Made by a program: the position numbers and the translations under genes. Under the pieces are notes generated by a model. It saw only the letters and a program-made list of their open reading frames with translations. It was not told the DNA's origin and did no database searches. From the NCBI RefSeq assembly GCF_006345805.1, contig NC_043006.1, forward strand, positions 64,170,001-64,234,000: DNA of 64,000 nucleotides, read 5' to 3'. Every line of letters begins with the position of its first letter. Within the stretch, counting starts at the first letter, position 1. The DNA comes from Octopus sinensis (taxonomy: Eukaryota). Shown here piece by piece: positions 37,210 through 49,429 of this stretch.

Positions 37210-37540
37210 TAAGGATGTATCATGCGCGGGGACATAGAAACAATCGGACTGAATACCCGATCGCGCGGTTAAACCATAGGGAGTGAAGGACTCCTAGCCT
37301 TTGTTAAGGCATCCTTCTAGGAGAAGGTAACTCAGGTAACTGGGATAACTCCGACATAAAACCTGCGGCTCAGTGGTTACCGATGATGTTGACTTGTTCT
37401 TCTTTTCGGATTATGGCTGCTGTTGCTTAGTGAGTGGGATTGACTCAGTGCACAGCTTTTCCTCACTTTAAAAAAAATCTTCTTGCACAGGCATTGCACG
37501 GTAACAACATTGATTAAGCTTCATGCAATGGCCATACTCG
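37210..37540 (+). mobile_element. RTE-like LINE 5' UTR fragment
   Basis: AGCCTTTGTTAAGGCATCCTTCTAGGAGAAGGTAACTC resembles the ...TAGGAGAAGGAAAACTC motif I recall from RTE/BovB 5' UTRs. Confidence 0.4.
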
Positions 37541-38795
37541 ATAACGAGGGGGCAGCCACCATGTATGTATGTATGTATGCGCAGATTTGTATGTTTATGT
37601 ATGTATTCTGATGCTTATAGTTGGATATCTAGACATGCTCATATATATTTAAAAGATAAACTTCTGGTAAATTTTACAGATTTTTACAGATTTTACAGTT
37701 CCAGTGATGGATTGGATCTGTAGTCTTCGAATTAGCTTTTTCCTTTCTGGTTTTGAGAAGCCTGATTTCTCAAGATAGGTATTTAGGCAGTGTGTTACAT
37801 ATCCCAGGGTATGTATGTATGTATTTATTTATGCATGCATGATTGTATGTATACGTATATGTGAACAACGAGCTTCCACACAGTTTTCATCTACTAACTT
37901 CACTCATAAGGCATGGGTCGTTCCAGGACTATAGTAGAAGACACTTGGTTAAGGTATTGCGCAGTGGACAACCGGAAATCACGTGGTTGTAGAGCGAGCT
38001 TCTTAGCTACCTATCCGTGCTTGCGCCCATAAACATATTTTATGTAATTCCGTTTCATGCTAAAACCTTCAAAAACACTTGTTTTCAAATAGTTTATCCC
38101 GTTACTAGAAGTGTGTCTTGACTCCAAGAGTCATTACTTTCGTGCGACCCGGCTCCCTTAGGGTGTAATGAGTTAAGGATCGAAACATTTGCATGATAGG
38201 GCTTCTTCTCTGATGACCTTCAGCTGTTCAGCTTTCCCTATAATTTCTTGCTATTCCTAAACATATAAAGTAATTCTTTCTTATTCTGAAATCTTTTAAA
38301 AACTTTTGTTTTCAAATACTGTGGGGTTTCTAAATACGAACATTATCTGTTTCGGAGCCCTGTTCGCTAACCGAATTATTCGTGATATTAGTGACTGAAA
38401 TACACATAAACAGAAGTAATCCTTTCCAAGCTACATCCAACTTTACCTAAAGGCATGAAATAAGGTTCATCTGTCCATCCATCAATTGCTCGTTAAGAGA
38501 ATAGACTCCCAGTCACTTATATGCGTCCGTCGTCTGTTCATGGTTTATTGATCAATTATCAGTTATGCGAGTTTAATTTCCACCAGAAAAACCGTTCGTT
38601 AAACAAATTGTTCGTTTAGAGAACCGTTCAGATATGGGTACTCCCCACTGTATTTCATTTCATTTCTGGAAGTATTTTTCGCTTCAACTTTAAATTTAAT
38701 TACCTAATCCAACTGTTTATACAACTGAAAAGCCCATTCAAGTGAAACGGAATAGTTTTTGATCAGAAGTCGTTTTAAAGTTTAAATCTTAACTA

Positions 38796-40440
38796 CCGTA
38801 TTTGATGGCATGTGAGATGCATGAGCTTATACAACACACAACATATAAAAAAAAGTATTTTTAGAGTGTTTAAGCATTCAATATTTATTGAACTCTGTAT
38901 AGTAGCAAATTAATTAACAAAACGTGCAACTTGGACAGCAGAAAAGCCATTTAAATAATAATATTGTAATTTATAAAAGAAAACAGATGCGGCTTATCTA
39001 TAGCAGAGACATTAATGTTAATAAAAAGCAAGCTACCAGTACAGTTGAACATAATGCAGAAGAGCACGATAGTTAAAATATACTACATCAAGAGCATCCA
39101 GTAATAAAACATACAAGAGAAAACAAAAGCACGTTAGTTATAGCAATAAACATTACTGCATATAAAATAAAAATCTACCAGAATAATAGAATATAATAAA
39201 AAATAACAACAGACGAACAGGTCACTTACAATTAATATATCCTACATGAACAGCCTAATATAGCATTGCAAAAGCAAACAGTACAGTTGAATATCAACAA
39301 AAACACTGTGAGAAAATGGGGAAAGCGTTAGTGCTTTTTAACAAAATCTTTAAACCTCTTCAAAGCCACAGAATTCATCATCAAAGCCTAAAACCTCGTC
39401 ATCACTACTATTTCGTGTATTTGGCGTTCCTATTGTAGTATGGATATTTTTGTATGATCAATGAGTTCATGATCATAACAAAACGGATTACACTGCCTGA
39501 TATATACAACACCGAACCGTACCAGGTTGGTTTAAGTGTTTACAGCATTTTATTTATGGCAATATGGCTACAGAAAGCAAACGATTAAGTCACATTATTT
39601 GCTTTAAATTAAAGGTGATAGAGTACGTTACAGTGCAACGGCAGGTTTCTTTTGGAGGGAGAGAACATTATTTGCAGAAAAAATGATGGGTGTCTGGCTA
39701 TCAGCTAAAGGATAAACTCAAGGTCGATAAAAAAGTAAACAATGTTCGTTGACTAGCTCCATATTGATCAGCCACTTTCTTCAAATAATGCATATTCTTC
39801 GGTAGTAACAAAGGCGTTACTAATTCCACACTTCTGAAAAGATTTGGCTATTATTTCAGGTTTTACATTTTCTCCAGATTTCTCTATTAACCCAAACACC
39901 CGTGTTATAGTGATGTTCTCGTAAGCTTATTCGTCAGTCCACAAGAGACGACAGCTAATTGGGTTTTCAATTTTCCCACTTTCTCTGAATACACAAAACC
40001 AACACTATTCCTGTGTTCTGCGAGCTGATCCCAAACCGGAAAAGGTGGTTTTCGTAAGAGTTCACCAGCATATCTTAGTCACACATTTGTGAGACCAGTA
40101 TCAGTCCAGCTTCATCTATTCAGCCTTTTTGGGTGAGAATGGATCAAAGCAACTCGTTGACTTTTCCTCTTTAAGCTAAGGTTTTCTATTTAATATTAAA
40201 AACGGTGACAGATCTGTGCCATGAGCACAACAAGCCAGAACTATTATGTATATTTTCATGACCAGTGGCTTATATTAAGACTGTTTTATAACATTTGGCA
40301 CTTACAGTTTTGTTAGTTGGAACATCAAATGTTAGTGCAACATCCTCCATGTTCCATATTTAATCTAGTAAATCCAACACCTGGATAGGAAGGAAAACCA
40401 CCCGGAACAATAAGAAGAATGGGTCTGAAAACAAATAGGT
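38796..40440 (-). mobile_element. pogo (POGK/Tc2-like) transposon remnant
   Basis: IWNMEDVALTFDVPTNKT (cf. NMDE.PLTFDMP), IIAKSFQKCGISNAF (cf. KSFKKCGISNALDG), acidic tail SDDEVLGFDDEFCGFEEV*, and terminus TA|CCGTATTTG at 38796. Confidence 0.8.
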
Positions 40441-41205
40441 TATTAAGAGACCCACCATCACCAAGGAAGATCGTCTATCCGCTCACAATGCCTGAGCTGC
40501 ACGGTTGTCGAACCACAGACGAGAACCGAATGAAGCTCTTGAAAGACCTAAAATAGGATGAGAGAAATACTGCCCTAAGTAAATTGGAGTCGAGTACATG
40601 CAATTCTAAAATGATAAAGTATGGGTGAAGACCCACAAAACTTTTATGAAAAGATTAAGTTGCAACATCCAAAGGATATGAAGGGATTCGGCCAAAATGG
40701 AAAATGCTGACAGACAGATTTGAAAAACCTCCCATCAAAATTTCATGTTAACTTGTGTTCAGGGGTTCGGTTTGATGGTGGTAGGGTTGTTTTACTACAT
40801 TTGTACATATATTTTCAAAACTAATTGAAATTAAGGTAGTTTATTTCAAGAGAAATTATGGGAATGGAACATGGTGAGAGTTGAGGTGAGTGCCTGATCC
40901 TGCCTTGGTGGATCAGGGCTCGATCACCACATGTGTAGGATCAGATGTGCTTCCATCTATGTAGAAAGTTTCTCACCCTTTTGTACTTGGGTGACATATT
41001 GATTTTCGCACTTAATATTTGGCCCCCTATGACCAATAGCGAAAGGTTCAACTTTCATCCTTCCGGAGACGATAAAATGTTGTGCCAGTCAAGCACTGGG
41101 GTTGATGTAATCGACAAACACCTTTCCCTACAATTGCTGGCCTTGTGTCTAAGTTACAAACAGTAATTATTAAAAGTTTATCTGTGATAAACAAATCGTT
41201 ATTAC

Positions 41206-41264
<59 letters not shown>

Positions 41265-41320
41265 AGTATGTTTTTTCCGGACGTTTTGTCAGAGCGGGCG
41301 GTGGGGGAGCAGTAACTGAC

Positions 41321-41369
41321 CACCACCAACGTCAACTTCTCTGTTCTCTCCATTCATGGTGGCCGCCAT
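41321..41369 (-). CDS. Candidate first coding exon of an unidentified gene (MAATMNGENREVDVGG, phase 1)
   Basis: AAAATGGCGGCC start context followed by 16 codons + 1 nt and a G|GTCAGT donor at 41321/41320. No downstream exon was identified. Confidence 0.4.
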
Positions 41370-41485
41370 TTTCTTCTCTGTAATCTCTTCGTTGTAGATC
41401 TTTGATATTTCTTTCAGCAAATAACACTATTCTCTTGCCCTCATCGCTCCCTCCACACCCCATAGGTTAATAGCGGAAGTGAGGT
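41355..41485 (-). promoter_or_regulatory. Housekeeping-type core promoter (YY1 motif over start codon, ETS/GABP motif upstream)
   Basis: GCCGCCATTTT at 41362-41372 (YY1 consensus) and CGGAAGTG at 41474-41481 (ETS consensus) in a non-repeat, CpG-containing island. Confidence 0.5.
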
Positions 41486-43059
41486 GTGTGATATGCGTGT
41501 TGCGTGTGTGCATGCGTGCATGCGTGCAAGTGTACTTGTTTGTGAGTGTTACACGTGCACTTTACTATATGTGGTTGTGTGTACGTGAGTGAGTGTATTC
41601 TCATAAGAATGTGTGTGTATGTGTTGTATGTATATGTGTGTCTGTGTGTATATGCGTGTGCACATGCAGTCGTGTATGTCTGCATGTGCGTGTGTATGTG
41701 TGTGCGCGTGTGTATGTGTTTGTATGTATGTGTATGTAAGTAGTGTGTGTACGCGTCATTGTGTTTGCGTGAATATGTATGCATGCGTTTGTATGTGTGC
41801 ATGAGTGCATGCGTATCTGTGTGTTCATGCGCGCGTTTTGTGTGTGTGTGTGTGTGTGTGGTGTGTGTGTGTGTGTTAATGTATGACATATGTACGTGAG
41901 TCAAACACATTCACCCGCTACTTCCATTTCAGCAATAAGATTGGAAACAGTTGCGAAATGTTTGTGTGTGTGAGCGCGCACGTGTGCATGCATGTGTGTG
42001 TGCTTGTGTGTGTTTTCATGTGTGCATGTATATGTTTTTGTATGTGTTGATTTGGGGGTGTACATAGCTCAAAAGTGATAAATCATTTCGAACCTTTGGT
42101 GTGGTGATAATAGCATCAATAACATAAATTATAACAGTTATGTGATGTTTATGATGATGATGATGAGGAGGAGGAGGAGGAGGAGGAGGTGGTAGTGGCA
42201 GCGGCGGCGGTTTGGGGGTGGCGGTGTGGGGTGGCGGTGTGGGGTGGCGGTGTGGGGTGGCGGTGTGGGGTGGCGGCGGCGGCAGTGGTGGTGGTGGTGG
42301 TGGCGGCGGCGGCGGCGGCGGTGGCGGCGGTGGCGGCGGTGGCGGTGGCGGTGGTGACGATGATGATGACGAGAAGGGTGGACGTGGAGGATTATAATGG
42401 TTATGACAACGACAACTGCAATAACAAAATCAGTCGCCAGAATTGCAGCAACAACTTCCAGATTAACGCCAACAACAACAACAACAGCAACAGCAGCAGC
42501 AACGAAACAACTAAAGTCACAGCACCAAAACGGCCACAGTAGCAATAACAAGAGCAAACATAATTAAAACAAACCAACGAGCTGGCTTCTATTTAACTGC
42601 TTGACCTGCTAAACATGGCAACTAAATCTCCCTCAGCATACCGTCCTGGAAACAGGAGTGACATATTGAGCTATGTAGCCCACAGTATATAAACGGCGGT
42701 TGGTCATGACTGGAACGTCTTGACTCTAAGTTGTCTTGAAAGTTGAACTTGAGCTAAACATCAACAACCACAACAAAAACAACAACGACGACGACAACAA
42801 CAACAAAACCACAGTAAAGAAAAAAACACGACAAACGTAACAGGAGTAATATTTGCAACATCTGGATTTGCAACAATGGTAACAACTGTCATTGTAGTTA
42901 CAATAATAATGTTAGCAACAACATAACAACATCAATAGCGATGTCAGCCCCAGTAACAGCAACAGCAGTAGCAACAATAACAAGGCGCCAACGTATTTGT
43001 AGGATCTGCTAGAGAATAAGTAACCAGTTCACCGTTAAATCAGATCTTAAAGTCTTAAC

Positions 43060-43330
43060 GAAGAGACGACACACTGGACTGGATAATGAAGATCTACATA
43101 CAATAGTTATTTTTTCAACCATGTAACGAGTCACGTGCTTTTCTCAGTCTATCCTTTTCCTTCTTTTTGGACTTTTTCTTCTTTCTTCTTTCTGACGAAG
43201 AGCCATGTTTGAAACGTCACACCCCCTCTTTTTCTAATCTTAAAGTTTCTCCGAGTGTCACTCTAATACATTCACTGTGTATATCCTTGTGACTTTTGTT
43301 GTTTTTCCTGGTTTTTATTTTTGATTTTTG
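43060..43330 (+). mobile_element. Penelope-like terminal fragment with hammerhead-like motif
   Basis: A pyrimidine tract is followed by CTGACGAAGAGCCATGTTTGAAACGTCA at 43192-43219. Confidence 0.4.
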
Positions 43331-43764
43331 ATTTACATACAATATGCCTGATAAAAAAAAAGGAAAACGAGATGGTCACGTCCGGAACTCCTTTGATCAT
43401 AGATTAGCTCATTCAGTGCTAACCAAGATAGCTGCTAGATAGCTGCAGCAACAACACAGATAAGAGCGAAGACGGCAGCAGCGGTGACGAAGACGACGAT
43501 GACAACATCAACAACAATGCAGACGACAATAGCAGACGACAATGCAGACGACATCAATAGCAACGACAACAGCAATGGCAACAAAATGAACCACTGCAAT
43601 AACAATTTTAACCAGTGTTGCAACAATGTTAAGTAGTGTTACAACAGAGCAACAACAATAACAACAACAACTATAACAAACAGAGCACCGACAACAGCAA
43701 TAATATGATAGCAAAAGGGGCTGATGACAGCAAAAGGGGTTAATGATAGCAAAAGGGGCTGATT

Positions 43765-44056
43765 GCTACCTAGCCCAGATACCAGGAAACACCCAAATGG
43801 TAAAAATTCAAAATAGAGTGCTCATGGGAACTGCCCATATCGTACGTAAAATACTGTCTATGTAATCTCAAATTTCAAAACAATTATGGTTTCTTAAAGT
43901 TTCTCTCGAAAAATACTATGTACAAAACCAAATATATGGCACCCTAGGCATAACACCAATGTGAACTTCTAACTTGTTGTCTCTTGAAGTCTCTGGGTGA
44001 GACTTGGAGCCAACTTGTACAAATGCAAAGCAAACGTCAAACATATAATAATAATG

Positions 44057-44100
<44 letters not shown>
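43765..44100 (+). mobile_element. 5'-truncated R4/Dong non-LTR retrotransposon (ORF end, 3' UTR, (TAA)n tail)
   Basis: YLAQIPGNTQMVKIQNRVLMGTAHIVRKILSM* then a 3' UTR and (TAA)n; the UTR end matches 57750-57840. Confidence 0.7.
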
Positions 44101-45069
44101 GTGTGCGCGCACGTCATTCACGACATCATCACATACCTAAATTTGTGTCATTGGTCTGCTTCATTCATTATGTAATTACGAAAACTGTAAGGCGCGAAAA
44201 TCTTCATACCTTTTTTTCTATACATAACAATGTGTGTCCTCTGACAAAACTGGTTGAAGAAGACTGGTTCACTAAGGAGGATTAATTATACCGAAACATG
44301 CCCGTGAGTGTCACTTTCCCTGCTAACAAACATCAGATGGTTTCTCTAAACATGAAACAGAGTGCAATATATGCAGATTGCAACGCTGCACCTTGTACTA
44401 TATTCGTAGCGACAATAGTTCTTGTCATCTGCCTGCGCCATCTGTCTTAGCCACCTTTCAAGGTCGTCTGCATGGTTAAAATGTACGCCGGGAACCGGAG
44501 GTCAAATGTTCGAGGAAACCGGTCCACACCATTGCCTCACGCTGATTGGTAAGTTAACAGACCGACCACGTGAAGCTATTGTGGTTTGCTCGTGATGCCT
44601 GACCACGTTTCCAGGAATTCGGTTTCGAGCCCCCACTACAGGTATATCTCAGTGTTCATCTACACAGAAACATCCCTACACAGAAACATGACTACATCTT
44701 TTATCTTCTACTTTCAAAATAACGACAGAAGATAATTTAAAGAAGCTTTTTGCTGCTATTTTTCCAGATCGCCTGTCCAGGTGAAGATTCTTTCGTTGAC
44801 TTTTCCTTCTTCATGTTACTGTGATTATTGTTAGTGTTGTTGCTACTATTGTTGTTGTTATTCGTGATCCTGTTGTTGCTGTCGTTGTTGATGAGGATTA
44901 CGATGACGACGACGAGACGATGATGATGATGGTAGTGGTAATGGTGACGTTGATGGCGGCGGTGGTGGTTGTAAGGGGGAGGATAGCAATGACAACGGTG
45001 AGGACGGCGGCAAAGACGATGACGACGACAACGAGGGCGACGACGACGACGACGATGATGGCGGTGAGA

Positions 45070-46820
45070 TTTTTTAGGGGAGGGTCTAGGCGATTACCTC
45101 GACTCCACTGCTAAGTTAATACTTCATTTTATCGACCCTGAAAGTATGAAAGGCAAACTCGATCTCAGCGGAATTTAAGCTCAGACCGTAAAGCCGGACA
45201 AAATGCCACTATTAAGCTCAGACCGTAAAGCCGGACAAAATGCCACTAAGCGTTCTGTCCGGCGTGCTGACGATTCTGTAAGATCGCCGCCTCAGCAACA
45301 ACAAAAATAATAAGAATAACTATTTCAAGTGTTGGCATAAGGCTAGCAATTCTCGAAAGAAGGGGATAATTGATTACCTGATTGGTTCTACATTTTATCG
45401 ATCTCGAAAGGATGAAAAGGCTTCCGCGGTATTTGAATTTACAACGTAAAGAGCCTAAAATAATGCCGCTAAGCATATTGTCCGACGCGCTAACGATTCT
45501 GTTAGTTCACTGCCTTCACAACAATTATAGCTCAAATTTGGCTTCAAATTTTGTTTGAAATTTTCAAATTTAAAAATTTTTCATATTTTGTTTCAAATTT
45601 TTGAATTTTGTTTCAAATTTTCGACTTTTCAAATTTTTTAAGTTTTCAGATTTTTCAACTTTTCAAATTTTTCAATTTTTCAATTTTTTGAAATTCTCTT
45701 TCAAATCTTCAAATTTTAGCACAAAGTCAGCAATTATGAGGGGTCGAAATTAGTCGATTACATTGACCCTGGTATTTGACTGGTACTTATTTTGTCAACT
45801 GCTAACTATTTTATGCGAAGGCGCTTGGCTTGGTGGTTAGTGTATTCGTCAGGTCGTGAGTTCGATCCCCGGTAGCATGTTGTGTCCTTGAGCAAGACAC
45901 TTTAATTTACGTTGCTCCACTTCACTCACCCGGCAAAACTGAGGTGTACACGAAGTTCAAAAGGCCAGCCTTGTCACATTCTGTGTCGCGCTGAATCTCC
46001 CTCAGAGAACTACGTTAAGAGTACGTGTCTCCGTGGTGTACTCGGCGACTTATACGTTAATTTCACGAGTAAGCTGATCCGTTGATCAGATCGCCGGGAG
46101 TTTTCGTCGTCGTAACCGACGGAGTGCCAGTTTTTATTTTATCAACTCCCACCTCAACAACAATAATAATAATAACCTTTGTAAAGAGGCACAAGTCCCG
46201 AAATTTTGGGGGAGGGGGCTAGTCGATTACATTGACCCCAGTACTCAACTGGTACTTGTTTTATCGACATCGGCGGAATTTGAACTCAGGCGGACGAAAT
46301 GCCGCTAAGCATTTTGCCCAGCGTGCTAACGATTCTGCCATCTCCACACCTTACACAACAATAATAATAACCCTTTCTACTGGAAGCACAAGGCCTCAAA
46401 TTTGGTGGTGGAAGGGAATAGCCGATTACATCGACCCCAGTGCGTAACTGGAAGCTAATTTTATCGACCCCGAAAGGATGAAAGGCAAAGTCGACCCCAA
46501 CAGAATTTGAACTCAGAATGTAACGATTCTGCCAGCTCGCTGCCTTAATAATAATGATAATGGTTTCAAATTTTGCCAGAAAGGCAGCAGTTTTAGGGAT
46601 GGAGATAAGTCGATTAAATCTTTTCTTACTCTAGGCACAAGGCCCGAAATTTTTGGGGAGAGGGGCCAGTCGATTAGATTGACCCTAGTACGCAACTGGT
46701 ACTTAATTAATCGACCCCGAAAGGACGAAAAGCAAAGTCGACCTCGGCGGAATTTTAACTCAGAACATAAAGACTAACGAAATACCGCTAAGCATTACGA
46801 TTCTGGCAGCTCACCACCTT
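45070..46820 (-). mobile_element. Cluster of about six SINE B copies (and one + strand SINE A variant) separated by (TAA)n/(CAA)n
   Basis: Repeated TCGACCCCGAAAGGATGAAAGGCAAAGTCGACC cores at ~45130, 45400, 45780, 46250, 46465 and 46715. Confidence 0.8.
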
Positions 46821-46833
46821 AATAATAATAATA

Positions 46834-46884
<51 letters not shown>

Positions 46885-46886
<2 letters not shown>

Positions 46887-47410
46887 CACCATGCCTTGAT
46901 GCAGTTCCATGCCCTGATGCAGTACCAAGCAGTGGCTCTCGTGGCTTCTGATCGTAACCGATTGGAACCGTTATCATGTATAGTGTTTTGCTTTTCAGTT
47001 GTTTGACCTTAACCAGTTGATCATGTCCCGTAGTGGCTGACGATATGTGCACCTCTGATCACGAGCAGAAGAAGTGGGGAGCATCATAGCCATGTTTTGA
47101 GAGGGATTCTTTGGAGTTTGAATAATTCACCTCTGGAAACATGGATGTTTCGTTCAACATCTTTAACCAACCCTTATTCAGGGACCCTTGGAGCAGGATG
47201 GGTTACTCGACCAGAAGAAAATTCTAACTGGGCCCCACCTGCAAGATCATGTACTGTTTATCTTGAAATGAGATCACCATGTCACACACATATGGTTGTG
47301 ATGAATGTGCCTAGTGTACCCTTATCAGACGGATAGTCATGATGGGTATACTGGGCTTCGTATATTTTACCCCAGTGTCACTTTGATGGCATGCACTGCT
47401 CTCTCACTCA
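46885..47410 (+). mobile_element. ~520-bp non-coding interspersed repeat embedded in (TAA)n
   Basis: Homologous to 55697-56157; both end ...CACTGCTC(T/C)CTCACTCAATAA. Confidence 0.75.
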
Positions 47411-47434
47411 ATAATAATAATAATAATAATAATA

Positions 47435-47465
<31 letters not shown>

Positions 47466-48797
47466 GCGACGACGAAGACAGTGCCAACATTAGCAATAAC
47501 AACACCAGCAACAGCAGCTATAACAACGGCAACATGTAAATGAAGCAACGTTGAAGCCTTGCGTAGGCTCTTGGGCAGGTAGAAATAGCAGCAAATATTC
47601 CTCAAATCACCGATTTAAAAGGAGCAAGTTATATTGTATAATGTTAGATCGAGACAAATATCTGAAAGGACAGAATGATCGTGGAATGATTATAAATTTC
47701 CTGGTTTAGGACTGACCCAGGGCTGAACAACAACAACAACAGCATGTCAATAATTACAATTAAAGCTGCGCAAGCAACATCATCATTAACATCCTCATTA
47801 CTACCACTACTGCTGTTACTGCCACTACTACTGCCACTACTACTACTACTGCTGCTGCTATTGCTGCCGCTACTACTATTGCACCCCTCCTCCCCTCCTC
47901 CTCAGTATTATCATTATTAGAACAATCAACCACCTGCGCAATCACCACTACCACATACCTGCAATGCTGCTACTGCTATTGCTGATGCTACTACTACTAC
48001 TACTGCTGCTGCTGCTGTTACCGCTACTGCTACTACTTCTATCAGCAGCAGAGTCAACAACCTCAGCAGCGTTGTATCTTCTCTAATGTAAACATCGCAG
48101 CGACAACATAACGAAGCAATGGTGAACCCTCTACGGTAAGTAGGGTACCCTTAATTTGAAAAGCGGGCCGCATGAGACCTGACTAATCATCAGACAGGCC
48201 GGACTACTTCAAAATTCAAGATAATTTTTCCTTAGACTTACCATTCATAAAAATCCCGCGGGCCGCAGTTTGCCCACGACTGATCAACAGCGTCAGAAAA
48301 AGTTGCCGGAAACAACAAATCTCTCACAAAAATGAATTGGGAGAATGTACCCCTAGATACACAATGCCTGAAAGTGAGATAATATAGTCACCTAGAATAT
48401 CTTTGGATATAGGTCTGCTGGATCAGCAACAACAAAATACCATGAGGAACCTTTCTCGAGAAAAAGGCCGCATGGGACATGGAACATTAACTGGTGGGCC
48501 GTACCACTAAGAGAATTTAAGGTGTTTTTTTTTTGTTAGGCGACCCATTCAGAAAGTCCCGCGGGCCGCAGTTTTTCCCATGACTGCTCTATATATATAG
48601 TGAGGGCACAGGCCTCGCTACTGTAAGTACGACCGGGGCAGCCCTTGAGTTTACCGTCACCCTTCTTTCTATAAAGGCTTCTACAGCAGACCCCTCAGTA
48701 GCGCCCCCATAAAAGTGCCGCCTGGGACGGGCCGTACCCTCGGCCTTCCCCTTCAAGCTACTGATAGCAGCTAAATCTCTTTCAACTTAGTGTATTG

Positions 48798-49219
48798 GGA
48801 TCTTTTCGGTTTGAACGGCAGTTTTTAACATAATTTCTAGGTAACTAAAAAATTATGAACTTCGTATACTGGTAGAATGTGTTTATAGAACATCTTTTTC
48901 TCTTGGCTTTATTGAGTAAATTCTATGGTTTGTAAGATATTTGTTGTTTTTTTTCTTCAATTTCTGCAATTTCAACCAACCACTGACGTCCATTGAGGTA
49001 AAAAAAAAAACATTCTGTGCCGTATGAATATGTCCCTCGTTTAAAAAACAGATTGGGTTTATTTACATTTGTGAAGAAAAAAAGATACCCTTCCCCTCAC
49101 CCCTAACCCTAACCCTAAAACAGATTGAAATGCAATAGATCGATACTAGGATCATAATTATGGGTGACAATTTCATATGACACCGCTAGAAAAAACTGCC
49201 GTTCAAACCGAAAAGATCC
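48798..49219. mobile_element. Merlin-like MITE with internal telomere-type repeats
   Basis: Perfect 28-bp TIR GGATCTTTTCGGTTTGAACGGCAGTTTT; 8-bp TSD GTGTATTG / GTGTATTA; (CCCTAA)3 at 49101-49118. Confidence 0.75.
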
Positions 49220-49429
49220 GTGTATTATCTTAGAAATATTATGTCTCAATAAAAGACAGGATGGTCGTGGTTTTAGAATGCCTTCGATCTTAGGGTATAC
49301 TATATCAGAGCTAACCTGGGATTAGACAATAGCAACCATAATCCCGCTAACACCGCCATCACTACCACCAAAAGAAACAATATTGACCACGAACCAACAA
49401 AGGAGTTTCTAGGTCGTCGCAACATTTGC

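Noticed and set aside
40306-40425. Apparent minus-strand exon (TTTCAG acceptor, GTAAGT donor) encoding MEDVALTFDVPTNKT as exon 2 of the 41369 gene
   Set aside because: All spliced frames from the 41321 donor hit stops, and the peptide is the NMDE-type motif of the pogo transposase relic.
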